From Nitrosopumilaceae archaeon (lineage in GTDB: Archaea; Thermoproteota; Nitrososphaeria; Nitrososphaerales; Nitrosopumilaceae), in contig OZ242365.1 in assembly GCA_965208905.1 (NCBI GenBank), positions 96,001 to 160,000 on the forward strand: a stretch of DNA of 64,000 bases, given 5' to 3'. Shown here piece after piece: positions 20,544-30,059 of the stretch. The notes beneath the pieces were generated by a model. The model did no database searches and was not told the origin of the DNA. It saw only the letters and a list, made by a program, of their open reading frames with translations. The stretch's first letter is position 1. Each line of letters begins with the position of its first letter. The position numbers were made by a program, and so were the translations under genes.

Positions 20544-22013
20544 GGGAATTATATACAAAAGTACACAGCCTCGGCTGCACACTCAAGCCTTTTCTGACGA
20601 CCTTGTTGTATAGAACGGAGCATGGCGGGTGTTGGTTTGTAGCCCTCCTTATGCCCCGGCCGTCTTAGGACGACCTTCCCAGCCGCCCGATGCAAAATAT
20701 TCCAGGCGGCATTAATATCCGCGTGGAATACCCTGGTACAATTAGTGCAAATGAATTTGTCGCGCGTGATACGCGACTCTGAGTCTACGTGTCCGCACAT
20801 ATGGCACGTCTGGCTCGTATATTTGGCCATCACCCCGCATAGCGGAATTCCCTCCCTCTCACATCGCTGCGCCAACTTCCTTAGAAACTCACCAAGTCTG
20901 TTCTCCCGCATGGAGCGATTCATGGCGCGTTTGTAATTCCCGCCATGTGCAGTCATGTCCTGTATAGATAATATCTCGGCTATGATGGCATCCGCACCTT
21001 GTACGATATATGATACCGTCTGGTTTATGGTGTTTACGGCGATGCCATCAGCCTTCCTGTATAATTGCTTTATTTGGTCGTTTAAAACACACCACTTCCG
21101 GCCATGCCGTACCTTGTGGTCGCGTATACTCTTGAGAGCGTCTATCTCCCGCAGTATTTCTCTGTGGCGCGTGTTGTGTATTGTGACATTGCCGTTTGTG
21201 TCAACAGTGACTGCCAAGTGCTTACCTCCCACATCCACACCCCGTACTACACCCGTATTACGGTGCGGCTTTACCGGTTCATGCACTGCGATATGTAATT
21301 CAAACATGTGGTCGGACGGCTTTGTATGCTTGTCCACCCGTTTGGTGACATCAACTATCTTGAATGACCGCATATCCAATGATGTATTGATTGGCTTGGC
21401 GGTCTTTACTATACCATATCCGGGTATTCGTACAGTATGATCATCCTTCCGTACAGGTGGGTTTGCGCAACTAAGTATGATGCGGCTGTCTTTACGGCGG
21501 TATGGAGCGTGGTTGGAGTTATCATCCATAACTCTTCTACATGCGATGGAGGCATCCTGTATGGCGCCACGGCCAAACGATACAGGACATTCGCGCAGCC
21601 ATGTATGTTTGGCGCGCCACTTCGTAAGCTGTTTATACATGCCGTACTTTAGTCTCCTCTTTGATGGACCAAAGTCATATACCTGGTAGTAATCGTCCAG
21701 TGTACCGGATGTAAAACCATCTAGTGTGTTTGGTAGTTTGAATGGCTGCAGGATATCAACTACCACCCTCTCCATATATTCACCACCAAACAAATACTCT
21801 GAAACGGCGCGGTTGTACACATACCGTGTAACATGGCCCATGCGGTGCGCCCACTCTGCAAACAACTCATCCCTTCGCAATGGTACCTTGACTATCCGTA
21901 TCATGATGTGTCATACGGTATTATGGTATTTAAGGGGATTGTTGTATCACGAAATCTGTGTTGGGTCAACATTGACTCTCAAAACAGAGACTGTACTTTT
22001 GTATGTAATTCCC
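20544..22013 (-). mobile_element. TnpB-only element copy 2 with 22-bp TIRs (1 mismatch), no TSD
   Basis: GGGAATTATATACAAAAGTACA at 20544-20565 vs TGTACTTTTGTATGTAATTCCC at 21992-22013; flanks AATAAAAA and AAATTTTT differ. Confidence 0.88.
20549..21904 (-). CDS. tnpB: RNA-guided endonuclease TnpB (paralog of 6962-8314)
   Basis: GVDVG, IIAEIL, CHMCG..CTNC, HADINAAWNI; homologous to copy 1 over its full length. Confidence 0.92.
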   Translation of the reverse strand: MIRIVKVPLRRDELFAEWAHRMGHVTRYVYNRAVSEYLFGGEYMERVVVDILQPFKLPNTLDGFTSGTLDDYYQVYDFGPSKRRLKYGMYKQLTKWRAKHTWLRECPVSFGRGAIQDASIACRRVMDDNSNHAPYRRKDSRIILSCANPPVRKDDHTVRIPGYGIVKTAKPINTSLDMRSFKIVDVTKRVDKHTKPSDHMFELHIAVHEPVKPHRNTGVVRGVDVGGKHLAVTVDTNGNVTIHNTRHREILREIDALKSIRDHKVRHGRKWCVLNDQIKQLYRKADGIAVNTINQTVSYIVQGADAIIAEILSIQDMTAHGGNYKRAMNRSMRENRLGEFLRKLAQRCEREGIPLCGVMAKYTSQTCHMCGHVDSESRITRDKFICTNCTRVFHADINAAWNILHRAAGKVVLRRPGHKEGYKPTPAMLRSIQQGRQKRLECAAEAVYFCI

Positions 22014-22155
22014 AAATTTTTTCAAATACTCATACCGTCTCTAGTGCCAACACCTCGCAATAATGCATACTGCGAACAATTTGCATATGTGATACACTTG
22101 TGGTCTCACTAATTGTGTAGAAAAATTCTTAAAATGGTGCATCTTAAGTGGTGTT

Positions 22156-23358
22156 ATGAATTTGATGTATATCGCTATGTTGATGGCTGTGGTCTTGTCT
22201 GGCTCCATGGCATACGCAACTTCGGGAACTACTAGTGGTGGCAGCTTGGATGTGGAGATTGAATTTGATGAATCTTACATGATAATAGAATTTATCAATC
22301 CGGCCACCGGAACCCTCCAAGAACATGTAGATTATACTGTAAGCGTAACAAATGGCGATGATGATCTGTTTGGCCCCATCCCACTAACCCACACTACCCC
22401 CGGCAAGGTGAACATTCCAGTTACACTGGCTGATGGAACCAACGACATCACCATAGATGTTAGGGGAATACTGTTTATACCAATTGATAGCGAGACGCTG
22501 GTGTTGCAGGTGAATGTGGGTGATGTTGCAATACCTGATTGGATCAAGACCAATGTGGATTGGTGGGTCCAAGGACATCTTGATGATGATACATTTCTAA
22601 ATAGTATTCAATATCTGATAGGCGTTGGTGTAATCCCGGTAGAGAATACATCCGACAAAGAGTCTGATGCTCCTGTGCCTGATTGGGTTAAGGATACTGC
22701 TGACTGGTGGGTTGAGGGACTGGTCTCTGATAACGAATTTCTAAACGCTTTGGGATATCTGATTGATCAGGGCATATTGTCTGTAGGGTTTGAATCATCT
22801 GATGTACTGGTTATAGGAGGTGTGGATTTGAGTCGCGCATCACCCTTGTTGGGGGATACTGATGCACCGATAACCATAATTGAGTTTGGAGATTATCAAT
22901 GCCCTAACTGTAAAAAATGGTTCACCGAATCAAGACCAGCATTGGAGTCTAATTATATAGAACCGGGCCTGGTTAGTGTCTACTTTGTGGATTTGGCTTT
23001 TATAGGTGAGGACTCGAATCGTGCTGCAGCTGCATCATACTGTGCTCAAGAGCAAGGCCTGTATTGGGAGTATCATGATGTGTTGTATGAGCGCCAAGCT
23101 GGAACAAACTCGGGTTGGGCATCAGATGAAAATTTGGCACAATTTGCTGCAGATGTTGGATTGGATGTAGCGATGTACCAGTCGTGTATGGACTTGGATC
23201 ATCAAGAGAGAGTATCCTTTAATCTGTCACAAGCTACGCAGAACGGCGTCAGTCGTACACCTTCGTTCATTATATTTGGTCCGGGCGGCACTGAACAGAT
23301 ATCAGGTAACCAGCCGTATGCAGTGCTTGACAGTGTCCTTCAGGATATGTTGAACTGA
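22156..23358 (+). CDS. Secreted protein with IPDW(I/V)K..WW repeats and C-terminal DsbA-like thioredoxin domain
   Basis: Signal peptide; two PDWxK..xWW..D..F...xYLI repeats; EFGDYQCPNC and cis-Pro loop TPSF. Confidence 0.85.
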   Translation: MNLMYIAMLMAVVLSGSMAYATSGTTSGGSLDVEIEFDESYMIIEFINPATGTLQEHVDYTVSVTNGDDDLFGPIPLTHTTPGKVNIPVTLADGTNDITIDVRGILFIPIDSETLVLQVNVGDVAIPDWIKTNVDWWVQGHLDDDTFLNSIQYLIGVGVIPVENTSDKESDAPVPDWVKDTADWWVEGLVSDNEFLNALGYLIDQGILSVGFESSDVLVIGGVDLSRASPLLGDTDAPITIIEFGDYQCPNCKKWFTESRPALESNYIEPGLVSVYFVDLAFIGEDSNRAAAASYCAQEQGLYWEYHDVLYERQAGTNSGWASDENLAQFAADVGLDVAMYQSCMDLDHQERVSFNLSQATQNGVSRTPSFIIFGPGGTEQISGNQPYAVLDSVLQDMLN

Positions 23359-23393
23359 GACTCCATCATTTTCCAAACCTGCAAAGATATACT

Positions 23394-24068
23394 GTGGTAC
23401 GTCGAGTAAGCAGATTTTCGGTAATTGTACGTAATGATGAGGGTGAATATTTGGCTCATCTTACTAATAGTGGCCGTCTTTTAGATTTGATATTTCCTGG
23501 AAGTTCATGTCTGTGTGTTTCAAAGCGACCTGCCAAGACCACACTAAAAATTGTGGGTGTTCCAGTATCAAAAGAGTGGGCCGTCTTAATTGATCCCCAT
23601 GAGCAGACTAGATGTTTTGTTAATGCAGCTGATGCTGGAGCGATTCAATGGTTGGATGGTTGGCGTATTACAGGTACCGAAGTTAACTGCGATGAATCTC
23701 GAATAGACTACAAAATCACCAGATACGAGGATAACAGTATAGGTTTTATCGAGACTAAATCCGCAGCCATGCTGTTATCTGGAAACGTGGGTTCGTTTCC
23801 GGACTGTCCCACCATACGAGGCCGCAAACACGTAAAGACAATGCTCCGTCTTGCCGATAAACATAGAAGTATTATACTATTTTTGGTACAACACCCTGAT
23901 GCAGAATCATTCTCTCCTAGCATTCAAGGCGACAAACAATTTGTCGCGGATTTGGCAGATGCAGTCGACGACGGGGTTGAGGTGCGAGCCGTAAAGATGT
24001 CTTTGAATTTAGATGGTGATGTAATACTGTTTAATTCTGATTTAAAGTGTATTATTCCTCAATTATGA
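23394..24068 (+). CDS. sfsA: SfsA family DNA/RNA nuclease
   Basis: AHLTNSGRL, SRIDY, ETKS, FPDCPTIRGRKH; start may lie slightly upstream. Confidence 0.9.
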   Translation: MVRRVSRFSVIVRNDEGEYLAHLTNSGRLLDLIFPGSSCLCVSKRPAKTTLKIVGVPVSKEWAVLIDPHEQTRCFVNAADAGAIQWLDGWRITGTEVNCDESRIDYKITRYEDNSIGFIETKSAAMLLSGNVGSFPDCPTIRGRKHVKTMLRLADKHRSIILFLVQHPDAESFSPSIQGDKQFVADLADAVDDGVEVRAVKMSLNLDGDVILFNSDLKCIIPQL

Positions 24069-24790
24069 TGGAATTTTTGACCATTCTGCTAATTAAAAAA
24101 ACTGTTTAACACTTTTCAATAATCTTTGGATATTAAATAGAGTTTTGCCATACTCTAGGTATAAATCTCAAAAGATAGTCAAATATTTATCTAAAATGTT
24201 AATTAAAATTGTTAATAGAACGATCTTTTTTGGTTAAATGATCAAACAAACTTCACCTATATAGTGGCGGGTATATAATTTCATGACGTACACCATCAAA
24301 ATATTGCCGCGCTGTCTATTATTTGTAATATTCTTATTTGATACAGTCTTGGTATTTTGTCTATGACTGGGAATATGCAATTCTGTTGTACATATATCCA
24401 AATTTAATCACCTATCACGTATAGCAGTAAAGCTGTATGGTATATTGGCTGCCATGCCAAAGAGTAGAGATGAGCAGTCTCTATCTTCTACATTTAACCA
24501 TAAAATAATATTCGATGATTATGTTGTCAACAAATCTCCTGTGCAATGAAGACTATGTCCGCCAATGTGCGAGTGTGCGTACTACACAAAGTGTAGGTGT
24601 AGCATATGGCCACAGCAGAATAACTGATGGTGGCCAAAACATAATGTAGATGCGCCTAAGAAAATACGCTGGTAGGCCCACATGGACCTGTTCTAATTAT
24701 TCATTATACAATTTAGAGGCATTTAGATCATCACTCGACCTTGGGGGCCGAACCTTACATTATAAGTTTTTTATACTATAAACAATATAG

Positions 24791-25075
24791 ATGTATATGG
24801 ATAATGTCATGCGTAAGGGATCGTGTAGAGGAATTTGTGGGGCATACCGTGTCAAAAAACCACACGGCGCCACTCGATATGGTTCTGGACAAGGACGCTG
24901 TCAGATATGTGATGTTTGGATAGATCACCGTGGTTGCCATGTCAAAGATGGCTCTCAGGCAGCGAAAGATACTATTGGATGGTTCTGTAACTGTTGCAAT
25001 TATCGGGTTAGACAAAAACCACGCAATAAAATATACAAAGAGAAATTAAACAGCTACAAACAGAGTATTATGTAG
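24791..25075 (+). CDS. Small Cys-rich zinc-binding protein
   Basis: CxGxC, RY..GQ.RCxxC, CNCC..R.KPR pattern seen in thaumarchaeal proteins. Confidence 0.75.
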   Translation: MYMDNVMRKGSCRGICGAYRVKKPHGATRYGSGQGRCQICDVWIDHRGCHVKDGSQAAKDTIGWFCNCCNYRVRQKPRNKIYKEKLNSYKQSIM

Positions 25076-25108
25076 CTATATATGATCAGTTAAGGGGCGA
25101 TTTATCAA

Positions 25109-27145
25109 CTATATCCCACTTTTATCGATACTTGTGAGTTTGTCACGCCGTCTCTTCAATACGGCGAATATGGCAATAATTGCAGTAATCCATACAGTTG
25201 CGAATATTACATTGGAGAAGTTCACGTATAGGTAAGGAATTGCCTCTATCAAATTCTTCTGCATTGTATCGGCACGACCATTTATGTCCATCATGGCGAC
25301 ATGATACGCCGAGCTATCCAATGGCAGTGTTTCGGCAACGGCCAAACTCGTACGCATGTGTTGTAGATCAACTTGTATGCTATTCAGGTCTGTAGTTATG
25401 GTGGGGAATATCCATACCGGATTACCATTGGGAATTTTATCCAACACTTTTGTAATATCTGTATCAATCGCATTAAGGTGCGACTGTATGACAGCGGTAT
25501 CTGACGATCGTAGTATGCCGTTTAGGTGCCCGCGCATGCGGTCTACAGGGTATATGTCTTCACTGTATCCTTGGAGTGCTAGAATGGTGCCTGCCACTAT
25601 TATTCCTATGATGCCCACCATTGCAGCTTTATAGATTCTATTTGCCATCTTCTCTTCCTTTGTAGGTGTGTGGTGTATCGCCGATTTATGTCTTTTAAAT
25701 CTGGAGTGGGCCAAGCTCAAGTATGTAACGTAAAAGTATCCTATGGTCTGTATTGCAATAATGGGTACAAAGACAGGATATCCATATAACATGGCGATCA
25801 TTATGCCCAACACACCATATAAGGCAAAGAATATCTCTAGTAGTGTGACTTTAGTGAATGGCAGGTTGTATGCATTTTCCTTCCAATCGTCTCGGGATTT
25901 GAGAGTGCCATACTTTGGTGTGCGATGAAAGACATTCTTCTTTCCCACAATGGCATCAAAAACGGCTACGGTGTTGTTCACCGAAAGCCCCGCATTATAT
26001 ATCAAGAGAAACGGCAATGTCTTGGCCTTCTTCTTCCATGAGTCATGATAGACATTCTGCATTATCATAAGATATGCGCCAGGTCCCATCATAAGATATG
26101 CCGCTATTGTCAGAGATGGCAAAAAGCTGAGTAGGTACAAATCTACGCCCTGTGTTAATAAAAGCGGCAACGCAAGAAACTGTATCAACATGAACGGATA
26201 CACTATATGGCGTGTCAGCTGTACAAACGCCTGTATCTTGGCGTTGATATTAATTCCCCGCTTTATGACTATGTTGGACAATAACTTTAGGGCACACTGT
26301 ATGGATCCTTTGGCCCATCGAAACTGCTGCCTTTTGGCGGCATTCATCTGTACTGGCAACTCTGCATCAACAACCACATCGGGTAGAAATACACACTTCC
26401 ACCCCTTCATCTGGGCCCTATAGCTGAGATCTAAATCCTCTACTAGTGTGGCGGTGTGCCACCCGCCTGCATCATCTATGCACTCCCGGCGCCATATGCC
26501 TGCAGTCCCATTAAAGTTCATAAATAGTTGTGAGTTACTCTTGGCCTTCTGTTCAACCAAAAAATGAAAGTCTAGACTAAGAGCTTGTGCTCGCGTTATA
26601 GCTGAATACTCCTCATTTGCATGACCCCACCTACACTGGACCAATCCTATCTTGGAAGATGAGAAGTGTGGTATGGCCTTTCTTAAGAACCATGTGGGAG
26701 GCATAAAATCTGCATCAAATATTGCCACAAATTCAGTATCTGTAGTATACATGGCATTCTTTAATGCACCTGCCTTGTAGCCGGCTCTACTATCTCGACG
26801 CACATATTGTATCTGAAATCCCTGCCGCTGATATGATTTTGTTACGTCCATGAGTAGCGTGGATGTCTCATCGTTTGAATCGTCAAGTACCATTATTTTC
26901 ATCTTGTCTTTGGGATAGTCCATGGCACAGACCGCATCAACCAATCGTTTGGCTACATACTTTTCATTATATACGGGGAGCTGTATTGTAACTGACGGAG
27001 TACCTAAGTCTGCTACTGAGTTTGTGTCTTTACGACGGGCTGCCAGTACGGCCAGGTAGTAAAAGTTGCACGTATATGTTGTTATGATTACGGCTGAGAG
27101 TATAAAGATATCTAGTATGAATTGAAAGAATGGGTTTCCGACCAC
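25109..27145 (-). CDS. GT2 processive glycosyltransferase (cellulose/mannan synthase-like)
   Basis: DDS, KAGAL, FDADF, VEDLD, QQFRW motifs; multiple TM helices. Confidence 0.92.
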   Translation of the reverse strand: MVGNPFFQFILDIFILSAVIITTYTCNFYYLAVLAARRKDTNSVADLGTPSVTIQLPVYNEKYVAKRLVDAVCAMDYPKDKMKIMVLDDSNDETSTLLMDVTKSYQRQGFQIQYVRRDSRAGYKAGALKNAMYTTDTEFVAIFDADFMPPTWFLRKAIPHFSSSKIGLVQCRWGHANEEYSAITRAQALSLDFHFLVEQKAKSNSQLFMNFNGTAGIWRRECIDDAGGWHTATLVEDLDLSYRAQMKGWKCVFLPDVVVDAELPVQMNAAKRQQFRWAKGSIQCALKLLSNIVIKRGININAKIQAFVQLTRHIVYPFMLIQFLALPLLLTQGVDLYLLSFLPSLTIAAYLMMGPGAYLMIMQNVYHDSWKKKAKTLPFLLIYNAGLSVNNTVAVFDAIVGKKNVFHRTPKYGTLKSRDDWKENAYNLPFTKVTLLEIFFALYGVLGIMIAMLYGYPVFVPIIAIQTIGYFYVTYLSLAHSRFKRHKSAIHHTPTKEEKMANRIYKAAMVGIIGIIVAGTILALQGYSEDIYPVDRMRGHLNGILRSSDTAVIQSHLNAIDTDITKVLDKIPNGNPVWIFPTITTDLNSIQVDLQHMRTSLAVAETLPLDSSAYHVAMMDINGRADTMQKNLIEAIPYLYVNFSNVIFATVWITAIIAIFAVLKRRRDKLTSIDKSGI

Positions 27146-27191
27146 ACTGTATATGACTATCTATCAAATATTTATATTTGGAAGTGGGCGA

Positions 27192-28148
27192 TTAGGACTT
27201 TTGCTCAAAGATCTTTATAGCTTGTGGCGGACATACGCCCTCACAGGCTAGACAGAATATGCAATCTGGTTCCTTTGACATTAGCGGTTTTTTATCCGAT
27301 GCGGCATTTCCTGGCGTATCAAACCATTCATAAACGTCTACCGGGCAGGCATCAATACATGCTCCATCTGCCACGCAGATGTCATAGTCCACTGAGACAA
27401 ACTCGCCCCACACCCCCATTACCTGATTGTCTTCACCTTTGCGACCCCAAGTCTTGATGGTGTGTCCTTCCACTGCATAGGGTTTGGATGTCTTCGTGTG
27501 CGACTTGAACTCTATGTCTATGGGACCAGGCTTGGCTCCATCTGGAACCTCAATCTCTTCTTCTATGGGCGCCGCAGGCCCTCCAGACTTTGCCACTGGT
27601 TTTGGCTTAGGTTTTGCGTTCGGTACTATCTTTGCCAAAGGCGTTAACTCCAACAATCTTTCATATCCCTCTTTATCTCCTATCTTTTCACGTTTCTTTA
27701 ACGCCTCAATCATTTTGTCTCCCATTACGGTATTGCGGAGTGCAGTATCAATCATCATCTTTGCAAAATAGTCTGCTTTCTTTCTATAGTCCTTGACCCA
27801 TTGCGGATCGCCAAACTTTTCAATGGGGAATATCTGGTATATGATATCAACTACCTCGCCGGTGACTATCTCGACAGTAACTGATAACTCCACCTCCTCA
27901 TATCCTGGCGCATCCTCATCTGGCATACTCTTCTCTGTCCAACGATATGTCATGTATATACGATCAGCGTAGGCATCCATCTCGAATGTCTTCTTTAGGC
28001 CATCATGTATGGATTGTATGTCAGTGGGTTCATCTACTGTGATGGGTAATCTGTACAGACCAAGTTTGAAACCATGTAGTGGATATACCCCACGCTTGGC
28101 AGTGGGCGCCTCCATAGACCAAACTCTATCTTTGAGTAACAAAGACAT
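27192..28148 (-). CDS. 4Fe-4S dicluster ferredoxin-domain protein
   Basis: CVADGACIDACP and CIFCLACEGVCP at the C-terminus. Confidence 0.9.
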   Translation of the reverse strand: MSLLLKDRVWSMEAPTAKRGVYPLHGFKLGLYRLPITVDEPTDIQSIHDGLKKTFEMDAYADRIYMTYRWTEKSMPDEDAPGYEEVELSVTVEIVTGEVVDIIYQIFPIEKFGDPQWVKDYRKKADYFAKMMIDTALRNTVMGDKMIEALKKREKIGDKEGYERLLELTPLAKIVPNAKPKPKPVAKSGGPAAPIEEEIEVPDGAKPGPIDIEFKSHTKTSKPYAVEGHTIKTWGRKGEDNQVMGVWGEFVSVDYDICVADGACIDACPVDVYEWFDTPGNAASDKKPLMSKEPDCIFCLACEGVCPPQAIKIFEQKS

Positions 28149-28299
28149 AATATTGTATACTCATTTTGGTTTTAAAAAGTTATCGATAGTTTCAGCGTCT
28201 TTCTGCTAACGTACTTGCACATGCCCCGGGTTTGTCTTGGGACCGCCTTTATTTTTTCAGATTCGGTTTGGTTGTCCATGCGCCGGGCAGGAATTGAGA

Positions 28300-28640
28300 T
28301 CATTAATCCCTTACGCAATGCGAGGTTATTTTTGATTTCAACTAGAATAATCTGGGCGATAAGGTATATTTTGATGATGCGACTCCCAAGTGGTATGTGG
28401 ATATATTCGCGCCCCATACTCCAAAGATTGTCGAACAACTCCAAAAAAAAGAAGATACGCTGCCGTTTGTATCCAAGACCCCCCCACTTTCAGAAGGTAG
28501 CATCATCGTATGTTGATGAGTCTGAATTTGAAAACACCGAAAGACATCACAGAAGAGGACTCTATCTGCCTTCCACCACCAATATATCGGATGAGGATGT
28601 GATGTATGTGGCCCAGGAGGTAGTACATGCCATCTCTTGA
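28300..28640 (+). pseudogene. 3' remnant of DegT/DnrJ/EryC1/StrS sugar aminotransferase
   Basis: GLYLPSTTNISDEDVMYV C-terminal signature; upstream KWYVDIF is in another frame, shift at the A-run near 28443-28450; no N-terminus. Confidence 0.65.
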
Positions 28641-29787
28641 ATACAAAATCATTGCGCAGAGAATAGAAGAGTTCATCAGAAAGCAAGTGTCTGATGCAGG
28701 AGTTGACGGAGCGATATTTGGACTCAGTGGTGGTATAGACTCGGCGGTCACTGCTTATCTCTGCAGTAGGGCTCTAGGTAGCAATAGGTGTCTGGCATTG
28801 ATTATGCCAAACTCTGCGTTCACCCCTTCATCTGAGACGGCAGACGGCATATTTGTAGCTGAAAGTATTCCTATACAACACAAAATAATACAGATTGACC
28901 CTATTTCGGAGGCTGTTACACGAGATGACACACTAGAGTCAACATTCGATAAAAATCACACACTGATGCAGTATGCGATTGGAAACATGAACGCCCGTCT
29001 AAGAGCTGTCTTGTTGTATTATGAGGCACAAAAACGCAACTATCTGGTGGTGGGTACAGATGATAGAAGCGAACACATGATAGGCTACTTTACAAAGTAT
29101 GGGGATGGTGCATGCGATATTCTACCAATAGCAGGCCTTTACAAGACTGAAATTTGGGATCTGGCCAAGTTTCTGGGCGTACCCTCTCAAATTGTAGATA
29201 AAGAACCCAGCCCCCACCTGTGGCCAGAACATGCGGCGTCAGATGAACTAGGTCTAGACTATGCTAAAATAGATTCAATCTTGCAACATATACGTGATGA
29301 TGCTTTTGTAATATCATCCAAACTGGGCATAAACCAAGACAAGGTGGAACGTATACTCGACCTCCATGCGTCCAGCGAACACAAACGCCGCTTACCCCCC
29401 ATGGCATATCTACACCAAGAGTCGAATGATATTATACCGACAATGCACAAACCACCTAATCCAGTAAAAATCTCCCAGTCTTGGGGATACCTTGAGAGGT
29501 TTGCTCTGAACGAAACACCTATTGTCAAACTTATACATATAAGACCTGACGCGTCCCTCCCCCTACAATTACACAATAAACACTCCAAGTTCTGGAGGGT
29601 CATCTCGGGCAGTGCGACGGCTGTAGTGGATGATAAAACAGTCAAACTACATCCTGGCGATGACCTCTTTGTACCGCCGGGATCAGTTCATCGACTAACT
29701 GGTGACAAAGAGGCTGGAGTTCAGATACTAGAAATTATGATCGGGGATTTTTCAGAAGATGATGTAGTCAGGCTTGATGATGGGTGA
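28627..29787 (+). CDS. nadE: NH3-dependent NAD+ synthetase fused to a C-terminal PMI-type cupin domain
   Basis: GLSGGIDS, GNMNARLR, GYFTKYGDG, SEHKR; then WG..KLIHI..LQLH..W..G..HRL..EDDVVRL cupin. Confidence 0.88.
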   Translation: MPSLEYKIIAQRIEEFIRKQVSDAGVDGAIFGLSGGIDSAVTAYLCSRALGSNRCLALIMPNSAFTPSSETADGIFVAESIPIQHKIIQIDPISEAVTRDDTLESTFDKNHTLMQYAIGNMNARLRAVLLYYEAQKRNYLVVGTDDRSEHMIGYFTKYGDGACDILPIAGLYKTEIWDLAKFLGVPSQIVDKEPSPHLWPEHAASDELGLDYAKIDSILQHIRDDAFVISSKLGINQDKVERILDLHASSEHKRRLPPMAYLHQESNDIIPTMHKPPNPVKISQSWGYLERFALNETPIVKLIHIRPDASLPLQLHNKHSKFWRVISGSATAVVDDKTVKLHPGDDLFVPPGSVHRLTGDKEAGVQILEIMIGDFSEDDVVRLDDG

Positions 29788-30059
29788 GACTGTAAGTGAT
29801 GCTACACACTGTAAACACATCCATAACGATTAGCGGTGGTACAAGTCTGTAGTATGTTGATCTGGACCCCGCCGGATCCGTTGATACCGACTCTCAAAAT
29901 TACTACATAAGCGCAGACTCGTTCCCGAGTGCGAATCTTGACGTGTGTTGGTCTCCGGCGGCAATTCGCCAAGATCGTCGGATACCGCCAACGTTCTAGC
30001 TCAGTGGATTGAGTTATTACCTTCAGAGTCATGGATTAGACAAGTGGGAAGCGAAAAAA

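Noticed and set aside
20536-22021. Target-site duplication for TnpB copy 2
   Set aside because: Flanks AATAAAAA and AAATTTTT do not match, directly or inverted.
29848-29864. 17-mer TGTAGTATGTTGATCTG also present inverted at ~37731-37747
   Set aside because: Similarity does not extend on either side, and a single 17-bp match is plausible by chance in a window this size.
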